From assembly GCA_949299755.1 (NCBI GenBank), contig CASGBA010000010.1, positions 269 to 64,268 on the forward strand: a DNA stretch of 64,000 nt, written 5' to 3'. This DNA comes from an uncultured Treponema sp. Its GTDB lineage: Bacteria > Spirochaetota > Spirochaetia > Treponematales > Treponemataceae. This document shows positions 26,545-35,823 of this stretch, piece after piece. The notes beneath the pieces are model-generated. The model made no database searches. It saw only the letters and a program-made list of their open reading frames with translations, and was not told the DNA's origin. Position 1 is the first letter of the stretch. Each line of letters starts with the position of its first letter. The position numbers were made by a program, and so were the translations under genes.

Positions 26545-28116
26545 TTAGAGAGGGATATTTCCGTGTTTTTTCCGGATTTTGAGGCCGGACTTTTTCTCCG
26601 CTAAAAATGAAAAAGCTGCTTCTATACGCCCTCTGGTTTCTTCCGGTTTTATGACTTCGGTAATATTTCCCGCCTTCGCCGCTGTCCAGGGGTTCATGAA
26701 TGATTGCCTGTATTCCTCTTTTTTGTCTTCAAATTCCTTGGTGCCGGCTTTCAGGTCTTTCCCGTATAGGATTTGAACAGCGCCTTCCGCCCCCATGACA
26801 GCTATTTCGGAGGATTCCCAGGCGAAAACAAAGTCCGCTTTCAGATGTCTTGAGCACATGGCAATATAAGCGCCGCCGTAGGCTTTCCGGAGAATGACAG
26901 TAACCTTTGGCACTGTGGATTCCGCATAGGCATAAATCAATTTCGCGCCGTGGCGGATAATTCCCTTTTGTTCTTCCTGGGGGCCGGGCAAAAATCCCGG
27001 CACATCGGTCAGTGTTAAAAGCTGGATGTCGAAAGCGTCGCAGTACCTGATGAACCTGGCGGCCTTGTCGGAGGCGTCGCAGTCCAAAATCCCGCCCAGA
27101 TAGCCGCTTTGGTTTGCGATGACGCCGGTCACAATCCCGTCAATCCGGGCGAATCCGACCACAATATTTTTTGCGAACTCGGCGTGGACTTCCAGGAATT
27201 CCCCGTCATCGGTGAGACAGTCGATTATCCCGTGCACATCGTAGCACTGGGTTTGCTTTTCCGGCAGTATTTCCGTTATCTTTTTCAGTTTTGATTTGCT
27301 GAAAACCGGTTTATGTTGTAGGAATTTGTGTTTTTCCGGCCCGTATTTGTTCACAGTGTCCCCATAGTAGTGGGGGATGAAGTCCAGGAGCCGCCTTACA
27401 GTCGAAAAGCAGTCCTTTTCGTCCTCCGTCAAAAAATGTGCCACACCGCTTTTTTGGGCATGGACTTCCGCCCCGCCGAGGGCTTCGTCGCTTATGTCTA
27501 TGTTCACCGCCGCCTTCACGACTTTAGCGCCGGTGACAAAAAGCAGGCTCAGGGATTTGACAGTAAAAACGAAGTCGGTTATCCCCGGTGAGTACACCGC
27601 ACCGCCGGCGCAGGAACCGGCTATTATGGAAATCTGGGGTATGTATCCCGATGCGAGCACATTGTTGTAAAAGATATCCCCGTAACCGGCAAGGGCGTTT
27701 ACACCCTCCTGTATGCGGGCGCCGCCGGAATCGTTTATGCCTATGACGGGGCACCGGGCATTCACCGCCGCTTCAATGATGTCGGCGATTTTCCTGCCGT
27801 GGAGAAAACCCAGGGAGCCTCCCTGAAGGGTGAAATCCTGGGAATAAACCGCCACCTGCCTGCCGTTTATTGTCCCGAATCCGGTTATAACCCCGTCATA
27901 GGGTATTTCCTTTTTGTCCATCCCGAATTCGGAACAGTTGTGCTGTACCCCGGAGTAAATTTCGTTGAAGGAATCCTTATCCAAAAGAGCCTGAATTCTT
28001 TCAATGGCGTGGAGCCGGCCTCTTTTGTGCTGTTTTTCGATACCGGTTTGGTAAACGCTTTGTTTGGTCTTGCTGATGTCCTGCTTTGTTTTCTGAAACA
28101 TTCTACAAGTATCCAT
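26545..28116 (-). CDS. Acyl-CoA carboxylase carboxyltransferase subunit (methylmalonyl-CoA decarboxylase alpha / propionyl-CoA carboxylase beta family)
   Basis: Full-length carboxyl_trans pattern: GGSLG, DSGGARIQEG, VTGVIANQ, FIRYCDAFDIQLLTLTDVPGFLPG. A start at 28101 is also possible. Confidence 0.85.
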   Translation of the reverse strand: MDTCRMFQKTKQDISKTKQSVYQTGIEKQHKRGRLHAIERIQALLDKDSFNEIYSGVQHNCSEFGMDKKEIPYDGVITGFGTINGRQVAVYSQDFTLQGGSLGFLHGRKIADIIEAAVNARCPVIGINDSGGARIQEGVNALAGYGDIFYNNVLASGYIPQISIIAGSCAGGAVYSPGITDFVFTVKSLSLLFVTGAKVVKAAVNIDISDEALGGAEVHAQKSGVAHFLTEDEKDCFSTVRRLLDFIPHYYGDTVNKYGPEKHKFLQHKPVFSKSKLKKITEILPEKQTQCYDVHGIIDCLTDDGEFLEVHAEFAKNIVVGFARIDGIVTGVIANQSGYLGGILDCDASDKAARFIRYCDAFDIQLLTLTDVPGFLPGPQEEQKGIIRHGAKLIYAYAESTVPKVTVILRKAYGGAYIAMCSRHLKADFVFAWESSEIAVMGAEGAVQILYGKDLKAGTKEFEDKKEEYRQSFMNPWTAAKAGNITEVIKPEETRGRIEAAFSFLAEKKSGLKIRKKHGNIPL

Positions 28117-28203
28117 CTTAAAAAAACATACGTCAAGTTTTCTTCATATAAAATACTTAAAACTGTTGCCGTTAAGCGTTTTTTTCAGTATTTTAAACTT
28201 TAA

Positions 28204-29856
<1,653 letters not shown>

Positions 29857-29870
29857 TTCCTGTCCCGGCA

Positions 29871-29901
29871 AAAACTCCGGCTCCGGCCGGAGTTTTTTTT
29901 T
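29871..29901 (+). terminator. Rho-independent terminator after groEL
   Basis: ACTCCGG (29874-29880) pairs with CCGGAGT (29886-29892), followed by a T9 run. Confidence 0.7.
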
Positions 29902-30064
29902 CGAAACTTTCCGTCCGCCGGATGGTTTTATTTGCATACGCTGCGCGCGGCGGGTCAGGCGTGCGGCAGAATCCGCTTCTTGCCTTCCGGGGCGCTATGC
30001 TTTAGAATGGCGGAAGCGTGTCCGTTTGCGGGCAAACCGGAAACGGAAAACAGGAGCGTAATGC

Positions 30065-30469
30065 ATGAAACAGAAAACCCTTTTTGCCTGTCTGGCCGCC
30101 TTTGCCGCGGTCTTTGCCTTTTCCGCCTGCGACGGTTTTGACGACGGTTCCGTCCCGATTGATGACTATGTTTATGGAACTTGGCACGGAGATTGGGAAT
30201 TGGTATTTACTTCAAACTCTTTTACCTTAAAGGAATCTTATTATTCTAAAAACGGCTATTCGGGATGGTATTCCGGTTGGGTGGAAGACGGCGGAAGGGA
30301 AGGGGAATTGACATTGTATGTTGATTCTGTTTTCGGAGATGCAAAAGCGATTGATCGTATTGAGTTGGAATTTATAAGACGCGGATCATATGAGGAACTG
30401 CTAATAGATGAAGTAAGGCCTTCTGCCTTTCAATTAGAATTCGGTACGAGTTTTTGGCGTTATCGTTAA
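30065..30469 (+). CDS. Small lipoprotein, unknown function
   Basis: Signal peptide with lipobox (LAAFAAVFAFSAC|DG). AGGAG about 10 nt upstream. Confidence 0.65.
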   Translation: MKQKTLFACLAAFAAVFAFSACDGFDDGSVPIDDYVYGTWHGDWELVFTSNSFTLKESYYSKNGYSGWYSGWVEDGGREGELTLYVDSVFGDAKAIDRIELEFIRRGSYEELLIDEVRPSAFQLEFGTSFWRYR

Positions 30470-30504
30470 AAAATATTGCTGTATTGACTCCCAAAGGTTT
30501 TGCA

Positions 30505-30535
30505 AACGTCCGCTGCCGTGCGGGCGTTTTTTTTT
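30505..30535 (+). terminator. Rho-independent terminator
   Basis: ACGTCCGC (30506-30513) pairs with GCGGGCGT (30520-30527, one G-U pair), followed by a T9 run. Confidence 0.7.
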
Positions 30536-30627
30536 GCGCCTTCCGCCCGGTGGACTTTTTCCCCGTTTTCCGGCTATAATGCGGCATAATCAAATAGAAA
30601 AAACGGATTGCTTGCAGGCGGGAAAAT

Positions 30628-32178
30628 ATGTCGGATACAATTCAGATTTTCGTAGCCATGGTGATTTACATGGCCATTGTGATTTTCATCGGGATTGCGT
30701 TTGCCCGGCGGGCCAACCAGAATTCCGATTCCTATTTCCTGGGCGGACGGACGCTCGGCCCCTGGGTGACGGCTATGAGCGCGGAAGCTTCGGATATGTC
30801 CGGCTGGCTTTTGATGGGGCTGCCGGGCGTGGCGTACTGGTGCGGGGTTGCCGACGCGGCGTGGACAGCCATCGGGCTGGCGCTCGGGACGTACATCAAC
30901 TGGCTGATTGTTTCCAAACGCCTGCGCCGGTACAGCGTCCGGGTAAACGCCATTACGCTGCCGGAATATTTTTCCAACCGCTTTCATGAAAAAAGCAAAA
31001 TCGTAATGTCCATCGCCGCCGTGTTTATCCTGATTTTCTTCACGGTTTATGCTTCCAGCTGCTTTGTTGCCTGCGGCAAGCTGTTTTCCACGCTGTTCGG
31101 GCTGCCGTATGTGCCGATGATGCTGGTGGGCGCGGCTTTTGTCCTGCTGTATACGCTTCTCGGCGGTTTTCTGGCGGAAAGCGCTTCCGACTTTATGCAG
31201 GCGCTTGTGATGATTACCGCGCTTTCGATTATCGCGGTTGCCGGAACGGCGGCAGCCGGCGGACTGGACGCCGTGCTGGACAACGCCAGATCCATTCCCG
31301 GCTTTTTTTCGTTTTTCGGTATCGCATCGCCGGTTACGGCGGACGGCGTGCAGCAGGTGGACGCTGCCGGACAGCCTTTGTTCGGCCCCGCCGGAGAGTA
31401 CGGCCTGCTTTCCATTGTGTCGATGCTGGCCTGGGGGCTCGGCTATTTCGGTATGCCGCAGGTGCTTTTGCGGTTTATGGCTATCCGGAAAGAGGGCGAA
31501 CTGACCCGTTCGCGCCGGATTGCCACCGTGTGGGTTTTGATTTCGCTTTCGGTGGCGGTGTTCATCGGACTGATGGGTCGCGCGCTGTTCCCCACCAGGC
31601 TTCTGACTTCTTCCTCGGCGGAAAACGTGTTCATCCTGCTTTCCACCAATCTGCTGCCGCCGCTGTTTGCCGGATTTGTCATGGCGGGCATCCTTGCGGC
31701 GACCATCAGCTCTTCCGACTCCTATCTGCTGATTGCTTCGTCCGCGCTGGCCAAAAACCTGTATCAGGGCGTCGTGCGCAAACAGGCCGGGGACCGCGAA
31801 GTGCTGGTTCTTACGCGCATTACGCTTCTGGTGATTGCCGCCGTGGCGATGTGCATTGCGCTGGACGAAAACAGCATCATTTTCACGATTGTGAGTTTTG
31901 CCTGGGCCGGATTCGGCGCGACGTTCGGGCCGCTGATGCTGTTCAGTTTGTTCTGGAAGCGCGTGAACCGGGCGGGAGCCATTGCCGGTATGACCGGCGG
32001 CGGCGTGATGGTGTTCGTATGGAAGCTTCTGGTGCGGCCGCTCGGGGGTGTGTTCGGCATTTACGAGCTTTTGCCGGCGTTCCTGTTCTCCTGCCTGTGC
32101 ATTCTGGTTGTTTCCTCGGTTACGGAAGAGCCGGATGCTGAAATCTACGCTGACTTTGACGCTGTTAATTTAAAATAA
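30628..32178 (+). CDS. putP: Sodium/proline symporter (SSS family)
   Basis: About 13 predicted TM segments. SSS/PutP-like stretches FLGGRTLGPWVTAMSAEASDMSGWLLMGLPG and GILAATISSSDSYLL. Markedly higher G+C than flanking genes. Confidence 0.88.
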   Translation: MSDTIQIFVAMVIYMAIVIFIGIAFARRANQNSDSYFLGGRTLGPWVTAMSAEASDMSGWLLMGLPGVAYWCGVADAAWTAIGLALGTYINWLIVSKRLRRYSVRVNAITLPEYFSNRFHEKSKIVMSIAAVFILIFFTVYASSCFVACGKLFSTLFGLPYVPMMLVGAAFVLLYTLLGGFLAESASDFMQALVMITALSIIAVAGTAAAGGLDAVLDNARSIPGFFSFFGIASPVTADGVQQVDAAGQPLFGPAGEYGLLSIVSMLAWGLGYFGMPQVLLRFMAIRKEGELTRSRRIATVWVLISLSVAVFIGLMGRALFPTRLLTSSSAENVFILLSTNLLPPLFAGFVMAGILAATISSSDSYLLIASSALAKNLYQGVVRKQAGDREVLVLTRITLLVIAAVAMCIALDENSIIFTIVSFAWAGFGATFGPLMLFSLFWKRVNRAGAIAGMTGGGVMVFVWKLLVRPLGGVFGIYELLPAFLFSCLCILVVSSVTEEPDAEIYADFDAVNLK

Positions 32179-32182
32179 AAAA

Positions 32183-32212
32183 GGAAGGGGATGAGCTTTC
32201 CCCTTCCTTTTC
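32183..32212. terminator. Hairpin between convergent genes (bidirectional terminator candidate)
   Basis: GGAAGGGG (32183-32190) pairs with CCCCTTCC (32200-32207). A-run upstream and T-rich downstream. Confidence 0.6.
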
Positions 32213-32223
32213 CCTTGGCATAA

Positions 32224-32916
32224 TCAGCGGTAAACCGTTTCAGCCATATACCTGATGGAGTTTCCTCCCTTGCTGTAAACCTCTTTTTCAACGATGAAAA
32301 CGAGGGCTTTTCCGCTTTCGTCTGTGATTATCCTGCTGATTTTGTATCCGAGGATTCCGGCTCTTTTATAGTCCGGATGGCCGACTGTTTTTGTTACGGT
32401 GTTCCCGTCGGAATCCGTTATTTTCGCCGTTATGTAAAAAGAAGAGGACGCCTTTGCCCCTGAGCCTGAAACGAGCTGGTGCAGGGATACATCATAATTT
32501 TCACCGGTTTCAAAATCACGGAAGGACAGGGAACGTCCGTCTTTCAGCGGGACAGAGGAAGTCTCGACATACAGCGGTCTGCTGGATGAATTTGAATCAA
32601 TGTCTATTGAAAGTCTTTTGAAAGTGAGGCTGGCATTATTTTTCAATTCATCGAAGATAACGGAGGGACCCCTTTTGCCGCTTATCCTTGAAGGGGATGC
32701 GGAAACATTGGTTCCCGGAATGAATTCGTTTTTTGCCACATCAATGAAAAAAATATCCCCGTATGCGGAAAAACTCTGGTCATCGGTTCCGTATTGACCG
32801 AAAGCAAAGGTTTTACCGTCAGAAGAAAATCCCAAATCCACAAAATTAGCTACATCACCGGCATACAACGAAGCGAACATAACTGCCAAGAATATGAAAA
32901 TACTGGTTTTCCGCAT
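32224..32916 (-). CDS. Secreted protein of unknown function (possibly DUF2259-like)
   Basis: Signal peptide MRKTSIFIFLAVMFASLYA and a beta-rich mature part. The family name is from memory only. Confidence 0.55.
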   Translation of the reverse strand: MRKTSIFIFLAVMFASLYAGDVANFVDLGFSSDGKTFAFGQYGTDDQSFSAYGDIFFIDVAKNEFIPGTNVSASPSRISGKRGPSVIFDELKNNASLTFKRLSIDIDSNSSSRPLYVETSSVPLKDGRSLSFRDFETGENYDVSLHQLVSGSGAKASSSFYITAKITDSDGNTVTKTVGHPDYKRAGILGYKISRIITDESGKALVFIVEKEVYSKGGNSIRYMAETVYR

Positions 32917-32976
32917 ATTTCTCCACTCCCTTTATTTCAGTATCGGTTTTTTACCGGGAAACTGAAGGATATTATT

Positions 32977-33822
32977 TTACTCCGGGTTAGTATCCACTCC
33001 GAGTCCGAAAAGGGCGAAATCCCCGCGGCAGGGGTCATCGGGCCATATTTGCCGGAACACTTCTGTAAGGTAGAGGGCGGTTTTCAGGGTTCCAGGGCTT
33101 TTTGGAGGAATCAAACCCAGCCGCTCCGCTTCCTGTAAAACATGGGTATCCAGGGGAATCACCAGGGACGCGGGGTCGTACCAGTCCCATAAACCTAAAT
33201 CCACCGGTGAGTTTTTACGTACCATCCATCTTAAGAACATATTGATCCGCTTGTTTGCGGTGTTTTTTCCCTGGGGAACAATGGGGCAATCAGGGAAGGC
33301 TGAAGAGATGACGGAGGCGAGCGGCACGGGCTGGGGCTGATTGTCTTTCATCTTCATGAATTCCTTTTTGAAAAACTCTCCCGGTGTAGGTTCTTTTTCA
33401 AGAATTTTGCCCAGGGCACGGAAAAGCTTTCCCATATCCTCATAGGAATAAAAACGGTAAAATTTCCTGTCTGCGCAGGTTTTTTTTCCGTTGAAAACCA
33501 GGGAATATTTTTTTGAGAGTATCCATTCTACCGGTCCGCCGTATCCGTCAGATGTGTCCAGGATAAAATCTGTTTTCGCCAGGAACTGATCCCGCCGCCC
33601 GAAGGCCAGCATGGCTCCGATAAAGGATGCGGTTTCAATGTCACCGGTGGCGGTGTACCGCCTTAAAACCCTGCTGGGGTCGTTGTCAGTGAAACTTTCC
33701 GTCTCGTATTTGGCTGCAAGGGCGGAAAGCTTTTTTTTCAAGGCGGCCGGCACAACCGGGGGATTCCCGGCTGTCAGGGATGTTCTGGCTGTCCGGGAAA
33801 CCGGGGTTTTGTTTTCTGGCAT
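32977..33822 (-). CDS. TIGR02757/DUF2400-like protein
   Basis: Size and motifs (FLRWMVRK...VDLGLW...IPLDTHV) resemble the TIGR02757 family. Not verified. Confidence 0.55.
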   Translation of the reverse strand: MPENKTPVSRTARTSLTAGNPPVVPAALKKKLSALAAKYETESFTDNDPSRVLRRYTATGDIETASFIGAMLAFGRRDQFLAKTDFILDTSDGYGGPVEWILSKKYSLVFNGKKTCADRKFYRFYSYEDMGKLFRALGKILEKEPTPGEFFKKEFMKMKDNQPQPVPLASVISSAFPDCPIVPQGKNTANKRINMFLRWMVRKNSPVDLGLWDWYDPASLVIPLDTHVLQEAERLGLIPPKSPGTLKTALYLTEVFRQIWPDDPCRGDFALFGLGVDTNPE

Positions 33823-33837
33823 TTTCCGGGGCTCCGC

Positions 33838-35076
33838 TTATTTTTCCAGAATCGTTATTTCAACCCGCCGGTTTCTGGCTCGGTTTTCTTCCGTATCGTT
33901 GGGGGCGCAGGGACGTTCCGCACCGAAGCCTTTGGTGAATATGTTCTGCCGCTTCCTTACTCCAAGGGCGATAAGAAGCCCCGCCACCGCTTCCGCCCTT
34001 TCTTCCGAAAGGCTCTGCCTGGCTTCTGGAGTTCCTGCCAGGGCTGTGTGCCCTGAAACCAAAAGGTCGTTGTCCGGATATTTTGAGAGGATTTTGGCTA
34101 TACGTCTTATTTTCTCCTCTTCCCCGGGGAGAAACTCCGATGAATCAGCCACAAAGCGTATGGCTTCCATGGATATTGTGACGCCTTCCTCAGAGGCGGT
34201 GACCCGGGTGTTTTTTATCCCCTGCCTGCTTATTTCTTCATCCATTTCCCGGACAATTTTGTCCCTGTCCAGGGCTTCATTTTTGCTGACAACAGCTTCG
34301 GCTGTTCCCCGGTAATTGAGCCGGGAACCGGTGTTAAGGTCAAGCTGTATGTTGAATTCCTCGTTGTAGTGGGAAAGAGCCCCCTTTTCATTGTCCCAAT
34401 AAAGCTGCTGGTGGGAAAATCCCTTCACGCTTACAGGGTAAAGCTCCGGAACCGTGCCGTTACGTCCTGCCGGCGGAACCGGAGTGTCAAAAAACAGGGT
34501 GTATTCAACTTCAATGCAATGAAAAATACGGCCGTTTTCTTCAATTTCACCCAGATATAAATAATCCGCCGTGAAAGGAACTTTGAAGGGCTTTTCCAAG
34601 CCGAACTGGAGCCTGAAGTCGTGGGCTTCTTCCCCCGAAGCCTGCCATCTGTCGCCCCGTTTTATGTCATAATCGGGGAAAACAGGCACGTCCCGGACAA
34701 CGGGCATAAAATACTCATCGGAAATGTCATACCGTCCTGTTTCATCCCTTCTGAAAACGCTTTCATACTGCTGGCCCCATTCAAAGGTTCTGTTCGAGTT
34801 TTTTTCACTGGTCATGAATGTGCAGTTGTGTTCCGCTGATGTGAGTCCTTCTGTGGTTTTCACGTCGGATACGGTCACGCTTATCCTGTTCGCTATTTCC
34901 GCGGAATGGGAGAAATTCCCGTCCAAGGTAACTATTTCCTGGACAATGGAGTTAATCCGGTAAGATTCGCCCTCTGTGAATTTGAATTTAAAGGTTTCCG
35001 CCCGGAGGATGCTGTGTGTAGAAATTAAAATTGATATGCAGAAAAATATCCGCAGGTAAAAGCGTTTCATATTCAA
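33838..35076 (-). CDS. OmpA-family protein (unknown N-terminal domain plus C-terminal OmpA-like peptidoglycan-binding domain)
   Basis: Signal peptide. C-terminal segment LLVSGHTALAGTPEARQSLSEERAEAVAGLL...GFGAERP...NRARNRRVEITI. Confidence 0.8.
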   Translation of the reverse strand: MNMKRFYLRIFFCISILISTHSILRAETFKFKFTEGESYRINSIVQEIVTLDGNFSHSAEIANRISVTVSDVKTTEGLTSAEHNCTFMTSEKNSNRTFEWGQQYESVFRRDETGRYDISDEYFMPVVRDVPVFPDYDIKRGDRWQASGEEAHDFRLQFGLEKPFKVPFTADYLYLGEIEENGRIFHCIEVEYTLFFDTPVPPAGRNGTVPELYPVSVKGFSHQQLYWDNEKGALSHYNEEFNIQLDLNTGSRLNYRGTAEAVVSKNEALDRDKIVREMDEEISRQGIKNTRVTASEEGVTISMEAIRFVADSSEFLPGEEEKIRRIAKILSKYPDNDLLVSGHTALAGTPEARQSLSEERAEAVAGLLIALGVRKRQNIFTKGFGAERPCAPNDTEENRARNRRVEITILEK

Positions 35077-35217
35077 AATTATCGGTCTTTCCTCGGTGTT
35101 TGTAAAGACTGTGTGTTTTTTTTGAAATTCAAAGAAATAACAAACTTTTATTGTAACTTTATTCTGTTATTTGAAGTTATATTGATGTAAGTTTGAAGGG
35201 TGCTATACAATCCTGAA

Positions 35218-35340
35218 GATTCGCCTGTAAACCGGGTATTGGACTGCGTTGCAGAATACCTGGTTTTTGGTGGAATCGGAAGTTACACAGTTTTTTAAGC
35301 CGGCAGATTTTTCCTCCTTTTATCTGCCGGCTTTTTATTT
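35218..35340 (+). ncRNA. Candidate ~120-nt small RNA (orphan promoter plus strong terminator, no ORF)
   Basis: TTGATG (35182-35187), 18 nt, then TACAAT (35206-35211). 12-bp terminator stem AAGCCGGCAGAT (35297-35308) with ATCTGCCGGCTT (35322-35333), then a T-run. No ATG-initiated ORF in between. Confidence 0.3.
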
Positions 35341-35368
35341 TATTCCCTTATCCGCCGTAAGTCCATGC

Positions 35369-35398
35369 TTGACAAAATTCAGCTTTGTGTAATATACT
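35369..35398 (+). promoter_or_regulatory. Putative promoter of the tRNA gene
   Basis: TTGACA (35369-35374), then TAATAT/TATACT (35390-35398). It ends about 12 nt before the tRNA 5' end. Confidence 0.5.
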
Positions 35399-35410
35399 CG
35401 TACCGTTCAT

Positions 35411-35483
35411 CGCAGGGTAGAGCAGTTGGCAGCTCGTCGGGCTCATAACCCGGAGGTCGCAGGTTCAAGTCCTGCCCCTGCTA
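35411..35483 (+). tRNA. tRNA-Met (anticodon CAU), initiator type (tRNA-fMet); CCA not encoded
   Basis: Cloverleaf folded by hand: acceptor CGCAGGG/CCCTGC, D-arm GAGC-AGTTGGCA-GCTC, anticodon arm TCGGG-CTCATAA-CCCGG, T-arm GCAGG-TTCAAGT-CCTGC. Initiator hallmarks are present: unpaired 1:72 (C.U), A11:U24, and three G:C pairs 29-31/39-41. Close to E. coli tRNA-fMet as I recall it. Confidence 0.9.
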
Positions 35484-35486
35484 TAC

Positions 35487-35513
35487 AGGCATCCAATAGG
35501 GATGCCTTTTTTT
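35487..35513 (+). terminator. Rho-independent terminator after the tRNA
   Basis: AGGCATCC (35487-35494) pairs with GGATGCCT (35500-35507), followed by a T-run to 35513. Repeated in the second unit around 35689-35716. Confidence 0.65.
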
Positions 35514-35628
35514 ATGCTTTTTAAGCCTTCCCGCAAATAAAAGCGTTCCCGGCAGGACTTGAACCGAGGCCGCCGCCGAGCCGTGGCGAGGAAGAGGCAA
35601 CAGGATGTTGCCGGAAGGCGGGCCGAGG

Positions 35629-35685
35629 CGCCTGGGAGGAGCAAACAGGAAGTTTGCGGGGGACAGGCAAGTCCTGCCCCTGCTA
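35629..35685 (+). pseudogene. Degenerate tRNA-fMet copy lacking the anticodon loop region
   Basis: The 57-nt segment CGCCTGGGAGGAGCA...GGACAGGCAAGTCCTGCCCCTGCTA aligns to the 5' (CGCAGGGTAGAGCA) and 3' (GCAGGTTCAAGTCCTGCCCCTGCTA) parts of the upstream tRNA. About 16 nt, including CTCATAA, are missing. Confidence 0.55.
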
Positions 35686-35823
35686 TACAGGCATCCAATA
35701 AGGGATGCCTTTTTTATGCTTTCCCCGCAAATAAAAGCGTTCCCGGCAGGACTTGAACCGAGGCCGCTGCCGAGCTGTGGCGAGGAGTAGGCAACAGGAT
35801 GTTGCCGGAAGGCGGGCCGAGGT

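Larger units (their letters stand above)
35411..35822. repeat. Tandem duplication of the tRNA-fMet unit (unit 1 35411-35628, unit 2 35629-35822)
   Basis: 35466-35628 and 35668-35822 are near-identical apart from a few substitutions and small indels. Each unit carries the tRNA 3' end, the terminator hairpin, an inverted 15-nt T-arm core and a GGCAAC-N5-GTTGCC hairpin. Unit 2 ends 1 nt before the stop of the convergent alpha-galactosidase gene. Confidence 0.85.

Noticed and set aside
30534-32141. Several 80-200-aa ORFs on both strands inside putP (for example 30534-30989, 30574-30987, 31530-32141)
   Set aside because: The high G+C of this block depletes stop codons in all frames. The translations are Arg/Gly/Ala-rich nonsense, and the SSS transporter frame explains the region.
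35545-35640. Possible minus-strand tRNA suggested by the inverted GGTTCAAGTCCTGCC core
   Set aside because: The bases flanking the TTCAAGT loop (CTCGG / CCTGC) cannot form a T-stem. The GGCAAC-N5-GTTGCC hairpin has a 5-nt loop without U33. No acceptor pairing exists.
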